From Lingula anatina (Eukaryota > Animalia > Brachiopoda): DNA of 64,000 nt. Both the position numbers and the translations under genes were made by a program. Shown piece after piece: positions 38,901 to 53,400 of the stretch; position 1 is the first letter of the stretch, and every line of letters starts with the position of its first letter. The notes under the pieces are model-generated. The model ran no database searches, was not told the DNA's origin, and saw nothing but the letters and a program-made list of their open reading frames with translations. Where the stretch lies: NCBI GenBank assembly GCA_051362555.1, contig CM120644.1, positions 10,438,567 through 10,502,566 on the forward strand. Reading direction: 5' to 3'.

Positions 38901-39105
38901 ACGGACAATTGCAAGGTAAGTTAGCCGCTGTACGTGTTTATTGGATTCCGTCGATTTAAAATGCGTTACTTAAAAAATTAAGCTGGTATACAACTGTTGG
39001 TTTAAATGATATGGAATATAAGTATATGCATAGGTAAAAACGAAGTGTAGGAACATAGAGATGTTTCTTTGGCGTTAAGTATAACTACATAGCGACGTGG
39101 AAACA

Positions 39106-39140
39106 AAAATAAAATAAAATAAAATAAAATAAAATAAAAT

Positions 39141-39170
<30 letters not shown>
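39106..39170. repeat. (AAAAT)n/(AAAT)n microsatellite
   Basis: Direct reading. Confidence 0.92.
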
Positions 39171-39171
<1 letters not shown>

Positions 39172-39430
39172 CTTAGGACTTGCGTCGACGCTTTATATAC
39201 GAAAACATATTCATTCGTTTTTAAAGGCGACAATGTTCAGCTTTTAAATGAATGGCGTAAAAGCAGTGCACACATATATATATTTCCAATGTATTGGAGT
39301 TAATATAGTACTTAATTAGCATGTTCGTATACATTTAAGTAGAAGTTCAACATTATACTTCTTTTTTTCTTTTTTTGCGAATGATTTTGAAAGAGTTCAG
39401 AAATACGTGTTTAATGTTGGTAATATGTAT

Positions 39431-39432
<2 letters not shown>

Positions 39433-39479
<47 letters not shown>
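39433..39479. repeat. Poly(A) tract, 47 nt
   Basis: Direct reading. Confidence 0.95.
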
Positions 39480-39483
<4 letters not shown>

Positions 39484-42400
39484 AAACCGCAAAACTTAAG
39501 GATACTGCCAACGGCAAAAGTGTCATGATGTACCTCATGAAAGTTGCAATAAAGCCATATATTAATGGTTCGCTCCTTTCCAACTGTGAAAGCATTGCGC
39601 GAAGTGTGTCATTGTTCAAAGTAATACGTATATTAAATGGCCATAGAGGGTAACTCTATAGTCCTTTTCTATAACACCCAACACATTGGTTCCAGCTGCC
39701 ATTCAGTTGTAATAGAACTTTGGGATCGAATCACTTCTATAACTAAGGGGTAGCAAGATTCTCCATAACCAGCCGATTAATGTAATGCTTTATAGCCAAA
39801 GAGGTGATTAATATCCAGATAGCAGCGGTAATAAGATGGATGGACATAAATGCTCTGTTTATCTTTACTCAATTGGTTCCATTTCCTTGTCATCAAACGT
39901 TACGGCCAATTCATCTGTTTTGGGCAATGCCATGAGTAAACCTTACAAATATCACAATACGCTGACGTTAACAAATGTGCTGTAGATATTTACGAACTTG
40001 AGGTGTTTCATACGTAACACACTGTTGAACAAATGTTGGGTGCAATACATCCAGCTGGCCTGTCATGCTGAAGCATGCAAAGCGACGTGTATTTTCTGAT
40101 CACGAGTCGGTTAAGAACAGATCACTGTAAGCTAAAAGAGAGGATGAATAACAACTGATTCCATCAACAATCTAAAGCAACATATTCTTCATTCCAACTT
40201 TATATCCCCAATTTCGATGTTGAAAATAAGAAATAATATCCAGGTAGTTATTTAAAGACAGACAGGGCACCAGTGCGATAAACACACTGAGAGCAGACAG
40301 AGACAAATTATTCCGTATCAGATGGAAGGGGAAGCCAGGACGATTATTGCCGGAAACGATCGCTTAGGTTTCTACAGTTTATTGTAACTGTTATGGCTGC
40401 TAAAGGTCATAGCAATGTAATCCGGGCAATTACAGAACACATAGATTTTTTTCTCTCAGGAATAAAAGGATTTGTTCCTTAGAAATCAACACGAAAGCTG
40501 TTTCAGCAAAAGGCAAAGGGAGTTAGATGGATTCCCAAATAGGCCTTTGTTACGCATGACGTAAATGCATGTAGGTCTGCTAAAAAGACGTTAATGTGAT
40601 GGAATCAATGTGTTTACAAAGTGAAATTAAAGTCCATGAACGCGAACTTCAAATTATCAAATTAAGGTCTTGCCTTTATACTGTATATATCCATTTTTGA
40701 TTTACGGTTGGATAAGGTATATGGACAAAAAGAAACAGCAACAGAAAAAGACACACATTTGTTCATATACCAACCCACATTTGGTGTTACAAAGACATTA
40801 AAGAGAAACATATAAAAGGCACACCTATTGTTTGTTTCAGTCTGTGAATTGTTTCGTATTGTATACTGTTTCGTAGGTGAAATGTTAATGGCACTCAGAT
40901 ATCACGTTGCATATTTGAAGTGACGCTCTATAACGAGATTTAATCGACTACAGTGAAGCGCCTTGCCTGTGATCGTCAATAAGCTGAAAAGATCGCTGAC
41001 GTATGCAACGAATAAAAACTGGTAATGAAATATACATGACACATGTTGGGAGTGATATACCGCTCTTGATGTTTTTTTTTTTTTTTTTTTTTTTATGTAA
41101 CACGGTTGCATAAGGTCAATTACCAACTTCATTTGCAGAAAGGGTACGATGGCGGAGATATTAATTTTGCTGTTAAAAAGACTCCCATTAGCATATTGAT
41201 AAAGTATAAGTAGATTTAGTTCATGAATTATGTAACTTTAGACATGTTTCCATGGTCTAAAGGGCAACCTAATTGGTGATGTTCTACACCACCACCCTAG
41301 CTTGTATCACGTGGAACGATACAAAGCTCAACTCGAAATACGCGGTTTGTAATCATAGCAGCGATGGCTGGCGGGACAACGGAGAGAGTAGATTGACTTT
41401 TTATGTTTAATAACTCGTTAGTAAACCGCCTGTTATATTAAGATGTAAATGTTGGAACTCTAAATGCAAAAGTCACGAGTCTAGGACAGATTGCTAATGA
41501 TGTCCTACATGACGCAACGTCGTCTGATTCAAGATAATTATTTCCCTTGGGAAGGTTATAATGGAACAAGGCTGGCGAAACATATACAAACAGACTGTTC
41601 TCAGTCTAATATACGTCAACATCAAAAACCATACATAATAGTGTACAACATATTGACTTAAAATGCATTATGCCGGGCAATTACTTCCATCTCATTGAAA
41701 TGACAGTTTTTAAACATTTCCATGTGTGTGAATAACGGTGCACATTTAGCTAGGAACTTTTTTAAAAAGATTTGGCGCAGTCTGTGCCTCATTATTTTGG
41801 TTTAAGAGAGGGCATTGGTCCTTATAAAAGAGATTTTCATTATCTATTTATAGGGTCAGAGAGTGTCGTCGTATTCATGATTTGGCGCTGGGTTAGATTA
41901 TTTTCTTTCCGCTTTCATAGAACCTTTGTTAAAGTCGGGAGTACCAAATGTTGTTTCTATTGTAAATAGAATTTTAACCCTGGGGATGTCCGCACCACTT
42001 AAAAGAACGCGGGGAATGGACGGAAAATAAATAAACACGGCCGTATTATAAAAACACAGCAAATGTTCAACGACAAAGGGTTCGTCACAAGCTGTTTACC
42101 TTTGAGAGCAAAACAAATGTACTTTATATCACAGCACTTCTTAGTTCCACGACCTAACGGTTAAATTAAGAAACTTAATCGTATAATGGTTCCATTTGAA
42201 AATTAAGCTTCAACAAGTGTATCGATTTGTACTGTTTTTATATCCACTTTATTTCCGTGGATAAACAGTGTGTGCCTTCCCCCAGAGAGCAGCCGTTCAG
42301 CTTCCGTAAATAAAGCTAACATCAACAACATTAACCCAGCAATAGCTTTAAGGCAATGTTGAATCAAGCGCCTAGCGCCGGCGGAGATCAATTAGACCGT

Positions 42401-42775
42401 GAAAGCGTTCAGTGGTAATTTCAGGGATCATAATTGACCCTGGACCTTGGACATGTGTTCGGACCGCTAGGCACACATTATTATCGGACATAACCATAGA
42501 AGGCAAATGTTTTAATATCCACCACTCAATAAATGACCCCTTGAGGTAACCACGCCGCAATTTAAGCCCGGTTTATCTCGAAAAACAAATTCTATAAAGT
42601 TGGTCCCGTATCAGAAACTCGCGTTTGGCCCTGCACATGACGAACGTGGACAATGACTCGTGTGATGTGTATTCTAAAGAGACGCGTATCAGGTCATCGC
42701 CCTAGAAATACACTTCATTTACCAGGGATCAGCACGATTTAGGCTATGACTGGGTTCCCATGCCTAGATCGATCC

Positions 42776-42953
42776 ATCCGGATCGGTCTAACTCCCTGGA
42801 TATAGTCTCAGTAAACTGCTATCAACCTAACCGGCTTAATTGTCTGTCACGCCTACCGAATCAGCTAGGAGGTAGAGATAATTACCCCTTACAGCTTTAC
42901 TAGGCGTGACAGACATTTAGTGAGACTCCCCAGGGAGATAGTTCGATCCGAAT
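42776..42953. repeat. Nested inverted repeat (fold-back element)
   Basis: Perfect 15-bp inverted repeat TGTCTGTCACGCCTA (42841-42855) / TAGGCGTGACAGACA (42901-42915), inside an imperfect ~35-bp outer inverted repeat (42779-42815 versus 42916-42950). Confidence 0.85.
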
Positions 42954-43722
42954 ATCTGTGGGAATGGTCCTTATGGTAACCAAGTTTAACGCTGGCGAAG
43001 CTGTTTATCCCTGATGTCATTTGTAATTCCAATTCAATTCACTGTAACTGCATGCACCGACGTTATATGCCATATACTTTCACTGCCCCATACATCCGGT
43101 AAAATAGTTAGTACTCATATCAAAATTAGTTGATATTGACGGGCGTGTCAAAAACCCAGACAGATCACATGTCGTTAGAGTTGCACTTTCTCAATTGATC
43201 GACCACAGATCTAGAAGAAAACGTCTTTGTAGGGAAATATATCACATGCACATGGGATATGATCAACAAGGACAGTCTTAATTGTCAACGCAGTTGGTTA
43301 TTCACGGCGACGCATACCCATACATTTAAGATTGAATTGTATCTAAATGTGTTCGTAAGAAGTAGTTTGCTTAGTTCTTCATTCAGAAAATCATCTGATT
43401 GTCAAATCTGATTGTCGTGTAATCATTCAGTGTGAGTATTATGTTGCTGTTAATCACTGCAGTTAACAATTATTCATTTTGACAATTGACAATTGACATG
43501 ACAAATGTGAATTTTGTGTCTATAAGCACTTCAGTTTACAATTACATAAGGCTCTCTTTATCATCATACATTAAATCTTTCTGTATATTGTTAAGCACGC
43601 AGTTCTCCCATTCCTGAGGCAGTAATGGGTACTTTCTTCTAATTGGAAAGACAAATGACCAGCCATTGGAACAGGTAGCTTCAAGTAGCTATGTCCTACT
43701 TACTTTGGGTTGTTTTATTTAA

Positions 43723-44058
43723 AGGGATAATAAATCCTGTTTTTGCCCAAAAAATGAATTTTTCTGGAGTAAACAACAATCTTCCTATTCTAGCCAATGG
43801 TTAATGAACCCATTTTTACATTCAAAGTTAGTCCCTGTTTTTTTCTAAAAAGTTTGTTTTTTTGTTAAAATCTCTTAAGAGATTTTAACAGAGTATAGCC
43901 ATCAGTGGAGGTCACGTGGTCTAAAGACAAGCTCAGATATCAGAATAATAGCTATTACTGCTGTTTTTGTGGTAAAACAGAATATATTATATTTCTATGA
44001 GTTATTCACAATGTTTTTATTGTGAAATATAGATCTCATTCGAAGAGTTATTATCCCT
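43723..44058. mobile_element. Non-autonomous DNA transposon with TTAA target duplication, Kolobok-like (336 bp)
   Basis: TIR AGGGATAATAA / TTATTATCCCT. TTAA at 43719-43722 and 44059-44062. AG...CT termini fit Kolobok (RR...YY) better than piggyBac (CC...GG). Confidence 0.78.
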
Positions 44059-47000
44059 TTAAATATGAGTCACCTTTAGAAATTGTATCTCGGGACTGCC
44101 TGCCTTCTGTGTATTAAGACCAGTCATTCTGTCAGGGGATATCACTTATTTGTGAAAGGGATGGGACCGTTTCCAAACAGTCCAGAGTTAGATTATCTAC
44201 AGCTTAATTTAGTCGTTGGCTTCATCCGGTACGTTGCATGGTGATTTGTCAATACATGTCACCCGAGGATCGGAACACCACATTTATTAAAATTGTGACA
44301 TAGGTAAATGTATCCACACTAATTAACGTCCCTTACTTTTCTTGTATGCTATACATCCCACCAGTGGACCATTCCCCTCAGGACCAACCCCCCATTTCGT
44401 ATTCTAATGATGTGAGGACATCTTTTACGTGTAATTTGTCTGAACACAAAAGTGGGCGGGGTTCTCCCCATTGATAATGATATATATTCAATACACGTTG
44501 CCATTAGGACGCCAGAAGGTGTCCGTTGGTTTCTGCTGGAATCTCGTAAGGGCCGTTACAGGTATGGTTGTCAATGTCCTAAATACCATACATGCCCTTT
44601 AAACGTAGTCGTGCGTATTTTGTACTGCTCACATACAGTAGAACTTAAAGATAGCATTTTAATCAAATATAGCATACACCAAGTTCATGAAATACAGGGT
44701 AATTTCATTTTGTATCTATTTGTTTATATATTTTTCTATACACATTAATTACCTAGTTACATGTCATTTGCTATATCTCAATTTCAATTTCTCAACTTGT
44801 TAAACGTTAATGAACAAACTGAACGTGTTTCAAATGATATTATTCATCAAATCCAACCTTAAAAAAACACGAAGAAGTGTACATCGTAAAAAACACGTAC
44901 TTGGCGGTGTGCTTGTACGCAATGATATCGAAACCCCGTGGAAATGCTGGAGGCGTCTTTGGTCCGTTTCCGTTGCCATGGCAAATCCATCGATAAGGCT
45001 TCTGGCATAGGCGTTGAAAATGAACAAAGCACACTTCAAACACTTGTCATCACGTTTACTTGCACAATCCCCCTATATCCGTGTAAAGAAGTGATATATG
45101 TGTGAGTTGATATGTTGAAATTGGCTTACTACAAACAGAAGAAAGGCGTTTGACGCTGGTGGCAGTTGAGACGGAACATATGTTATTTGCTGAAGACTTT
45201 TTAGCATGCAAGTGAATCACATTGAGAGTGGTAAAGTGTGATATATGTGTTACTGAACTATGAAGAAAAATGTATTATTTAATCGTATCCCAAACCGACA
45301 TTAATCAATAGCATAACTGTATGAGTTTAAGATGCGCATCAAAGCAGTTTAAGTCTTCAGACAGATCCTGGGAACCGCCGTTAGAAACAAGAGCTCTAAG
45401 TGCCACAGGTATAGTCGTCAGAGTGCATCTAGGACAAAGATTTTTGAATAAGGAAGTGTCAACACGTGCACTACAGTGTCTGTCATATCACTTTTACCAA
45501 CAGGATCAGTATTCAGTTGTTTCAATTTAGGACTGCACGTTGCCAATGGGACCAATGGTAGCAAGTTTGGTAAATCGAGTTATTCATTGTTTATTTAAAA
45601 ATGTCTTGATGTTCAAATTAACGTTAGCACCAAATCAAATAAGTTAAGCTAACCAGTTTAATGGTCGCTAAGCTCATACATGTATACACACGGTTTTCCC
45701 CGAGTCCGTGGAATCAGAGTGTTCAACCGGCCGGGTCTTTAGCGTCGTAATATTGTTGATATTCAGTTAAGCAAGTGTTTCATTGTCACCTCTGTACGCA
45801 TGTTAAAAGTCGATATTTTCCTACTGGAACTACCTTTTAAGTTTGACGTTTCGAAACAACATCAAAACACCTTATGTCGCATTCGTGTTATTTATTTACT
45901 CTTTTTTAACGGAACGTTTTGTTTTACATTGTTAGGGACAATGATCGTTTTCTTTCAATAAGTTATAAACGTTGTGATGATTTATCTAAGCCTTTGTTGT
46001 TAACCTGGATGTGCAAATACTCTTAAAACAGTGCCAGTTTAATTATTCAATTTATTGACTTGGTCTACTGTACCTGGTACCTTAGCTTTTTGATGCTGGT
46101 CCAAACCACTGCAGTTTATACCGAACGACATACCGTACGTAGTATATTCTTGGTTACAATGTAGCTTCACCTACCCTGTACTAAGGGTGTGATTCCTAAT
46201 AAAGCCGTTCGTTCTTATCTTAGTGATTTTATACATGGTATTCTGCCACTTTATTTATGTAAATATGATAGATTGTTTTTTTTTTTTTTTTTATTCAAGA
46301 GAGTCAAGTCACCGTTTGCCTGTATCGTTCCAGTACAGAAAATGCTGGAATGTGTAAGGGAGTAGAAAAACTAAATCCACAGGCGTGTATTTCATTTGCT
46401 TTTGTCAATATTTGCACGGCAATTCCCGGTGAATTATTTGTGATATTTTGCCGTTGGTAATTATTTGTGATGGCGCTGCCAGCTTAGTCAATCCTGCGCA
46501 ATGTTATTAACTCTGTTGTATTAATATTTGCACAACAGCCCGATATTAATAATTTGCGCCGTCAAACAATGAGCTAACATAAAACCGTATGTTTTATTCA
46601 ATCATCAAATAATTTTTATATTCCATTGTTTATCTTACAGAATAACCATTGATGAATACAAGTGATCCAACAGCCGGTTGGAAAATCTGGGTTTTCTTCA
46701 TTCCGTGATAATACCTGAGAAGACAATACTCTGTAAGTAATTTAAAACTCTTAGCACTTACTTCATCTGTGTAGTCGATAGTTCATGTCAGGCTCTCAGG
46801 GATCACATATATATTCATAAGGAATGCTCAGTTGCCTTAAACGTTTATGGAGTGACAAAGGTTTCATTGTGACGCTTTCAACCGCAAGTACATTTCCGTG
46901 ACGGCTACACCTACAGGTCAGTACCATTATCATTTCAAGCGAAGCTATGGATTTTGCACTCCATTTCGCGTACAAATTAACACATAGCTCATAGTTTAAT

Positions 47001-50000
47001 TTAAAAAAATCGATTCGCGTTTAAAACAAGATTGTCTATGGATATACCTGTACTACAAAAAAAACAGGTGTTTTTGAAATATTATGTGCTTCTGTCCCTA
47101 AAAAGCAGAGAAAAAAAGAACAAAACGTCGATATCTCCCAAGGGAATATCTAGAACCAGACCTGCTTCACCGTCAGATGCCTGGGGTAGAACCTTATTGA
47201 ACGCTGCTATAAAATACCATCCAAGTCAACATTCATCAAGTTTCATCTAATCGTTTTTCGCAGTATAGATTTTACAGTGTCTGTATCGAATCCTGGATAC
47301 AGTTCCCAAGATTATCCATCTTTTTCTCTGTGATGCATGGCCCCGTTGCTTATATAATTTGATGATAGTGGTAATACAGTATGTGCAATATGGACTATGC
47401 GGTTGGGCTAAAATAAATTACCGATTTTGAAGGATTTTTGCATATTAAAATTATCCAAAGTTTGAAAACAGAACCGAGAGGAATAATCGGTTCTAAAATA
47501 TCACCAACCCATTTTTTTACTTTATTTTAAGAACATCTATTGACACTTGCAACCACACAAACAAATATGTTCCAGTATTAGTGCTACAGCAAGCAATTGC
47601 TCTTAGCGTTGCTATAAACGATATTTTAAGGTAATACTAGTGCTAGAGTAGATATGTCTTCTCTTACTTCTGCACTCTTTATAGGCAACACGTTTTTGGT
47701 TATCTACCCAGAACAGACAGAGAGGATGTATAGCCTTCTCCACCGAGACAAGATACAATGATACCGTTTATACAGTAAAAATTGTCGATTTTTCACACCC
47801 AGTCTATTTACTGCTCATTCCCAAGGATTTGTGAATATGAAGAAGGGAAATCTATGCCAAATACCTGATAAGTGCACCGTAATTGGAAACTATATACCAC
47901 TACTCTTAGCAGTGTGTGTCCTATGTTTTTCGCACCATTCTGGTTAAAGCCTGTGTAAAAGTCTTGGCATTTCGAGTCAGCACGCTCTACTTACAACAGT
48001 AATAAAACTATTTTAACACTTTTTAACACCTCCCGAGAACGCAGCTTGAAGCTTAGCTGAAATTTGTTTCCTTGGATGAACCTGTGTTCAGTGACCAGAA
48101 AGAAATCAACGAGTGTCATGTTCACAGCAGTGCACATTTTGGATTGCTTTTTACGATTCTCTTTTTCAACCTTGTTTTATTGCGTATCTGTGAGACAAAA
48201 ATGGCTGTTTATGTGTCGGCATTTAGATATCTCTTAATGCCCATTATTGAAGTAGTAAATAAACAAAATGCGTGGTAATATGAAAACTTTCAAAGGGAAC
48301 CGAACTGGAGAAAAATTACGTCTGTAACCCACGAAATAGTTTCTCATTTATTTTCATTTACTGTCACCAATGCAACTTGAATAGAACTCGTTCATTGGCT
48401 GCGGTCTGCTTGGGTTTTGCCAGATAGTCTAGACCTCTGAAACATATTTATCGATCTGAAAATAATAACAATAAAAATAATAATAAGATTAAAATCTTAA
48501 TGATATATAATGATATAAATAATAAAATAATAAATAAAATGTTCTAAATTTGCATTGGTATTTTGCATTGGAATCACATGTGGTTGAGTACAGCTTATCA
48601 TCATGAGAAAGATGAGTCAATGAATAAAGAATTGATAAACTGCTTCACTCTCCAAAATGTCCAAGTTTAGAGGATGCTTCAAATGTTCATTGAAGCTGCA
48701 CTCCGTGCATGAACCAAAGGCAAATTTAACATCACAAAGGTTAGCCTGGCATTTGGGTCAAATTTAAATTGATGTAAAAGATCACTGAACTTAAACCATG
48801 TTCTGGACTCTGACCACATGGTTCAACCGAAACCAGGCTAATCGCGAACTGTCCCGACCACGTGGCGGTTCACATGGGAAGACCTATCTCGTAATTTTAA
48901 GACTAATTAACGAACCTTGTTTAGTCAATTAGATCATCTCGTGACGTCACGTTGATATATATCCGATGATTTCTCAGTGCGGGGTTGATCACGATTAACA
49001 GTGACGTAAGTTAAGTCTACGACATGCAGAGACATTAACGGTTGATTTAAAGGTCGTCCTTTAATGAAGCGGGTCTTGCCACTGTTGAAATGTCACCCAG
49101 TGAGTGGTAGAGGTCGTCGGCGGCCCTGCACAGCGCGATGCTGAGCGACGTTATTTAATCTACGAGACTATATCCGCGTTAAAGCTCCAGAGAAACAGGA
49201 AACCGGAGAGGTCATTTGTGACAGATTGTCGTAAAGTGGATTACTTTCTCTCTAACTGACGGATTACGGTGTCGTGCTTCATCTCTTGTACACTAAGCTG
49301 AATGCTGATTTCACTTCGTGTTTGGTTAATTTTTGTTAAGGTTACATTAATTTAAGGTCCTTTGATGTTTGCACAATTCATCAAATAATTTACAATACAA
49401 TTCCATACTCAATATGTGAACGGTTATTGTTGAACAGTTTAAAATAGTATGATTTGGATTATTGAGTTGAAGATGTTTGCAAACAAAATGGATACTTGAT
49501 ATTAAGAAATGTAACGATAGTTGGGTTTATACACAAACCACTCATGATCGAGGCACAGTGAAAGGTTACGTCTGCAATATATTACTATACTGATATCTTT
49601 CAAATTACAAGCTAAGTGCAAGATAGGAGATAAAAACCATTTTCCCATTAAAAAGCGTATTATAATGTTATTAATTTTTTTAATATTTTTAATGCACCAA
49701 TCAAAAAAGGCATATTATCACGAAAAAATTGAATAAAATGCTGCGTTATTTCAGTCTAAGTGCTTCAAATTATTTGCCCTGCAGCTGAATCTCATTTGCA
49801 TCCGTCGAATTCATGCTGAGATATGAAAAAAATGTGATTTCATTTGATTTATTGGTTGCTATAATAAGTCATTCTGGACGCAGGTGGCCATTTTGTAATT
49901 CTTTCAATTACAGTATCTGGAATCAATCTATGATGACGTTCGCATCCATTTTTCATTACAATGCCTTATCATTTTGTATGGCTATTATCAAAGGAATGAG

Positions 50001-50446
50001 ACCGTTTATAAATCAGGAGGTTTGTCTTCGTGAAACGCACTGTGATTTCTTGAAGACATCCTCCGTTTCGATTTCTTCATAAGATGGCGCTCATTTTGCA
50101 GAATTCTCTGATGTCCGGTCTTTTGAGAGTATAACGTCTGTTACACCGGCCTTTGGACAGCAAGGCGAATGAACGTTGGCGTACTACCAAATATTTGTAA
50201 CAAAAGGGAAGTCTGTAATTTTAAAAGTCATTACCACTGATGTATAAATTTGATGTTAACTATTACATGCTGTCACTGACAAAACAATAGCGCTTGTACA
50301 ATTAATGCAGAGAATTAGTGCATTCATGTGATTTTAACTTACAATCGAAGGAGATTTTCGATTATATTCCGTGTAAAATACACTAAATTTATAGAGAATA
50401 ATATCATGCTTGGTCAAAAAAAAAAATAAAAAAAAAAACATATATC

Positions 50447-50488
50447 ATACGCACGGAGCATCCGTGCGTATGTCTGGTTACGCCCCTG
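50447..50488. mobile_element. Orphan terminus of a CAGGGGCG-type non-autonomous DNA element
   Basis: CTGGTTACGCCCCTG (50474-50488) resembles the right end of the element at 63261-63423. It is preceded by the 11-bp hairpin ATACGCACGGA-GCA-TCCGTGCGTAT. No partner end found. Confidence 0.4.
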
Positions 50489-53400
50489 GACTCAAAGCTC
50501 CAACTTTGAAGGGGCTGATAGTTGACAAATGTCTGTTCTACAAGCGATCTCAATTAAGTCCGGTGTAAGAGGAGTTTATGGATTTAAAAGAAGTAAACCG
50601 AACCAAATGAATCTCAGAGACCCAGGTGGATATTTTATTACGTTTTCAATCACATTACCCAGAAATAGGTTTATCGATAAGATAACGTCCATTGATTATA
50701 ACAACGAAATATCAATCCACAAGATTAATATCAAAATAAATTAAATGCTGGTTTGGAAAGGGCTTTTTTATAGCTTACAGTGGTTGCTTAAAGAGCGTGA
50801 CCGTGACTATCTGTTTGAATAATCTCGCAATACCATAATGTTTTAAGATTATGTCACACGTCACAGACTTTCAGTAAAATAAACAAAGGGACACATGAAC
50901 GCCAGTGACAGGTGTACAATGATAACAGCATACTCGTACATCCAACATTGTCAATCATGAGTTTTTTTTTAGCTCCATAGTATTTTCTGCAGGACATAAA
51001 ACTATTTGAAATGTATCTGAACAATGCTGCATACAGTATAGTGCCTTGGGAATGGTTCCAAGGTTAAGGTTAAGGTTAACCACCATGCCAGTAATTGATG
51101 CAATCTTATTCCCTTGTGTAGGTGGCCAAAACTACACCAAAGTAACTGAGTGAAATAAAGCGAACATTGCGTCTGTTGGACGACAATCCCGAGTAACAAA
51201 GTGCACTTTCCAGTTAATGAAAATCACCAATGGACCTTAAATTGATTGTTAAGCTAGGAAGTTTAAAAGCGTAATGACTAAAAACATGAACGTCTTTTGA
51301 TGGAGTGATTGAAATTCACTGTAGAATTTCACGCTTCGGAAGCTTTTAGTTAATTTTTGCACGCTTCTGATAAAATCTGTCGAACGGGTCACTTACTATG
51401 CCATGGTTCGATCCTTAATGCATGTAGAGACGAAGGGGGTAACATTTAGCAACTTTACATATAAATACTCTCTGTGCAAAAGGAATGTAGTTTGCTATAT
51501 GTGATTTAATACTACTGTACGGCAGAAATTGCCCTTTATACACTGCAATGACCCCCATCGCTGTAGGTGTTGTAAAAGTCGAAAAGTCAAAGGTATACCT
51601 CGGAGGTTAAGGTGTTTTCAAGCACCTGGATAGCCTCACCAGGTCAGAGTCTAGGAAACAATTATTAACACGGAATGACAATTAGTGCAAAGTGACAGTA
51701 ACATAATTATCCAGTCAGGAAGATTATCACGACTTAGCAGGTTGCGCGCACGTATGCCTATACTGTTTGTCATTGTACCTACAGGGCCCATGTATAGGTA
51801 TATTTCACATTGTATGCGAGCGCCAACGTATTTCCCAACAGCTAATTTTGCGACATAACATAACACTTACACTTGATTATTCAATCTGTCCCCTCCATAT
51901 ATGTTTTTGTGGTGTCATTTTCCTTGTCCATTACGATGTGATTCGCGATGTGCTGTTCACACGCCAATTACTTTTTTCATAATGAACATTTTAAAATGAT
52001 GCAGACACTACATTTGCTGTGACGGGGAATTTATGCTACATGTATTTTTGCTGCTGCAAACTTGTTTCGAGTCCCCAGTGTTCGAGTACTGCCTTGAATG
52101 TTAAACGAATACTAAACCATTGTCTTAACACAGTTTGGCTCAGCAAATTGTTTATACACCTGCAATGTCCAAACATTTGAATTCATGAGATGTGGTTTTT
52201 GTGCAAAGAGTTGGGTTTTTTCGTGCCACACGTGATTAACATCGTAGCAACGTTGATTTCCAATATTATCATGTAAAGCTATAATTCATAATTTTTAAAT
52301 AGGCGTTTTGATTTTCCATCGTTTGATTAAAATATTAATCTAAATTAGTTTGCTTTCATCCGGGTTATATTAATATTCTGTGTTTAATCAAATATGGCAC
52401 CAGACTCGGTGGCACTATGACATCAAAGAATTTGCACACGTTTTTTTATAGCTAAGAAGGGATTTGTTAAGGATGAAAGGGGATTTTGTTATGACAGGGT
52501 GAGAAATCCTCACCACTGAGCATGCAGTAGCATTAAAGCCATTTTTACACTTAATTGTAATCGCGATTTTCCCACACATGTGATGGGTTTAAAAATATAT
52601 ATGGTGTTGAGTCCGAACTATAAGAATTTACTTTGAAGCTGCATTTCCATTTGCAATACCCAAAATAAGCTACACGTCCGTATATTCATGGTTTTATTGG
52701 TGGATCATAATTACACACTTTGAGGTAAATTTATTGATTTTACAACTTATGTCCTCGTGTTGTTGGTCTCTGTCACATCAAAGGTATCAAGAGCAGCAAG
52801 TCGTTTTGTGTTGTACTTTAATACCGTGGCTTGAGAGCACGTCTGATCTTTTCCCCTTTTTTCATCGAAATTGATGAATTGGGGGACAATCATATTCTTG
52901 GACGATGTGTGTTTTTACAGTCTCTTTTTGATAGCTCTTTTTGATTTGTTTCGATCTTTATCACATCAATTTCATATCTGGAGGAAACAAAATTAGCCGC
53001 AAGAGACCTGTTTGCAGTGTGACCATACTAGAATCCATCGTCTTGGGTTCCATTTGTTCGAAGAACTACTCGTGTCCTTTTCGGCAAATAGATCAAAGAT
53101 AAAACAAATGAAACTTTCATGCAAAAATCGATCTGACGTTGGTCAAGACTGGCTTACTGTGACCTGTTTTTTTTAAAGTTTGTGCATATAACATGTCGTC
53201 TGCTTATCTGATAACTCCATATTTGTATGATCATTCCCCTGAGAAGAACCAGAAATGATTAAACGTAGAAAAATTCAATGATAACGAACAATTTACAAGC
53301 TAACCTGAAGTATTGACCCATGTTGCTCAGTCCAGCGTTTTTTTTTATATATATTTTTATAAATCGACTGGTAAATAAGATTAAATTATGTCAAGCGTCA

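Noticed and set aside
39433-39479. 47-nt poly(A) as the tail of a retroposed insertion
   Set aside because: No target duplication and no recognisable SINE, LINE or mRNA body upstream.
51060-51079. (AAGGTT)3 as an interstitial telomere-like repeat
   Set aside because: Only three units, and not TTAGGG.
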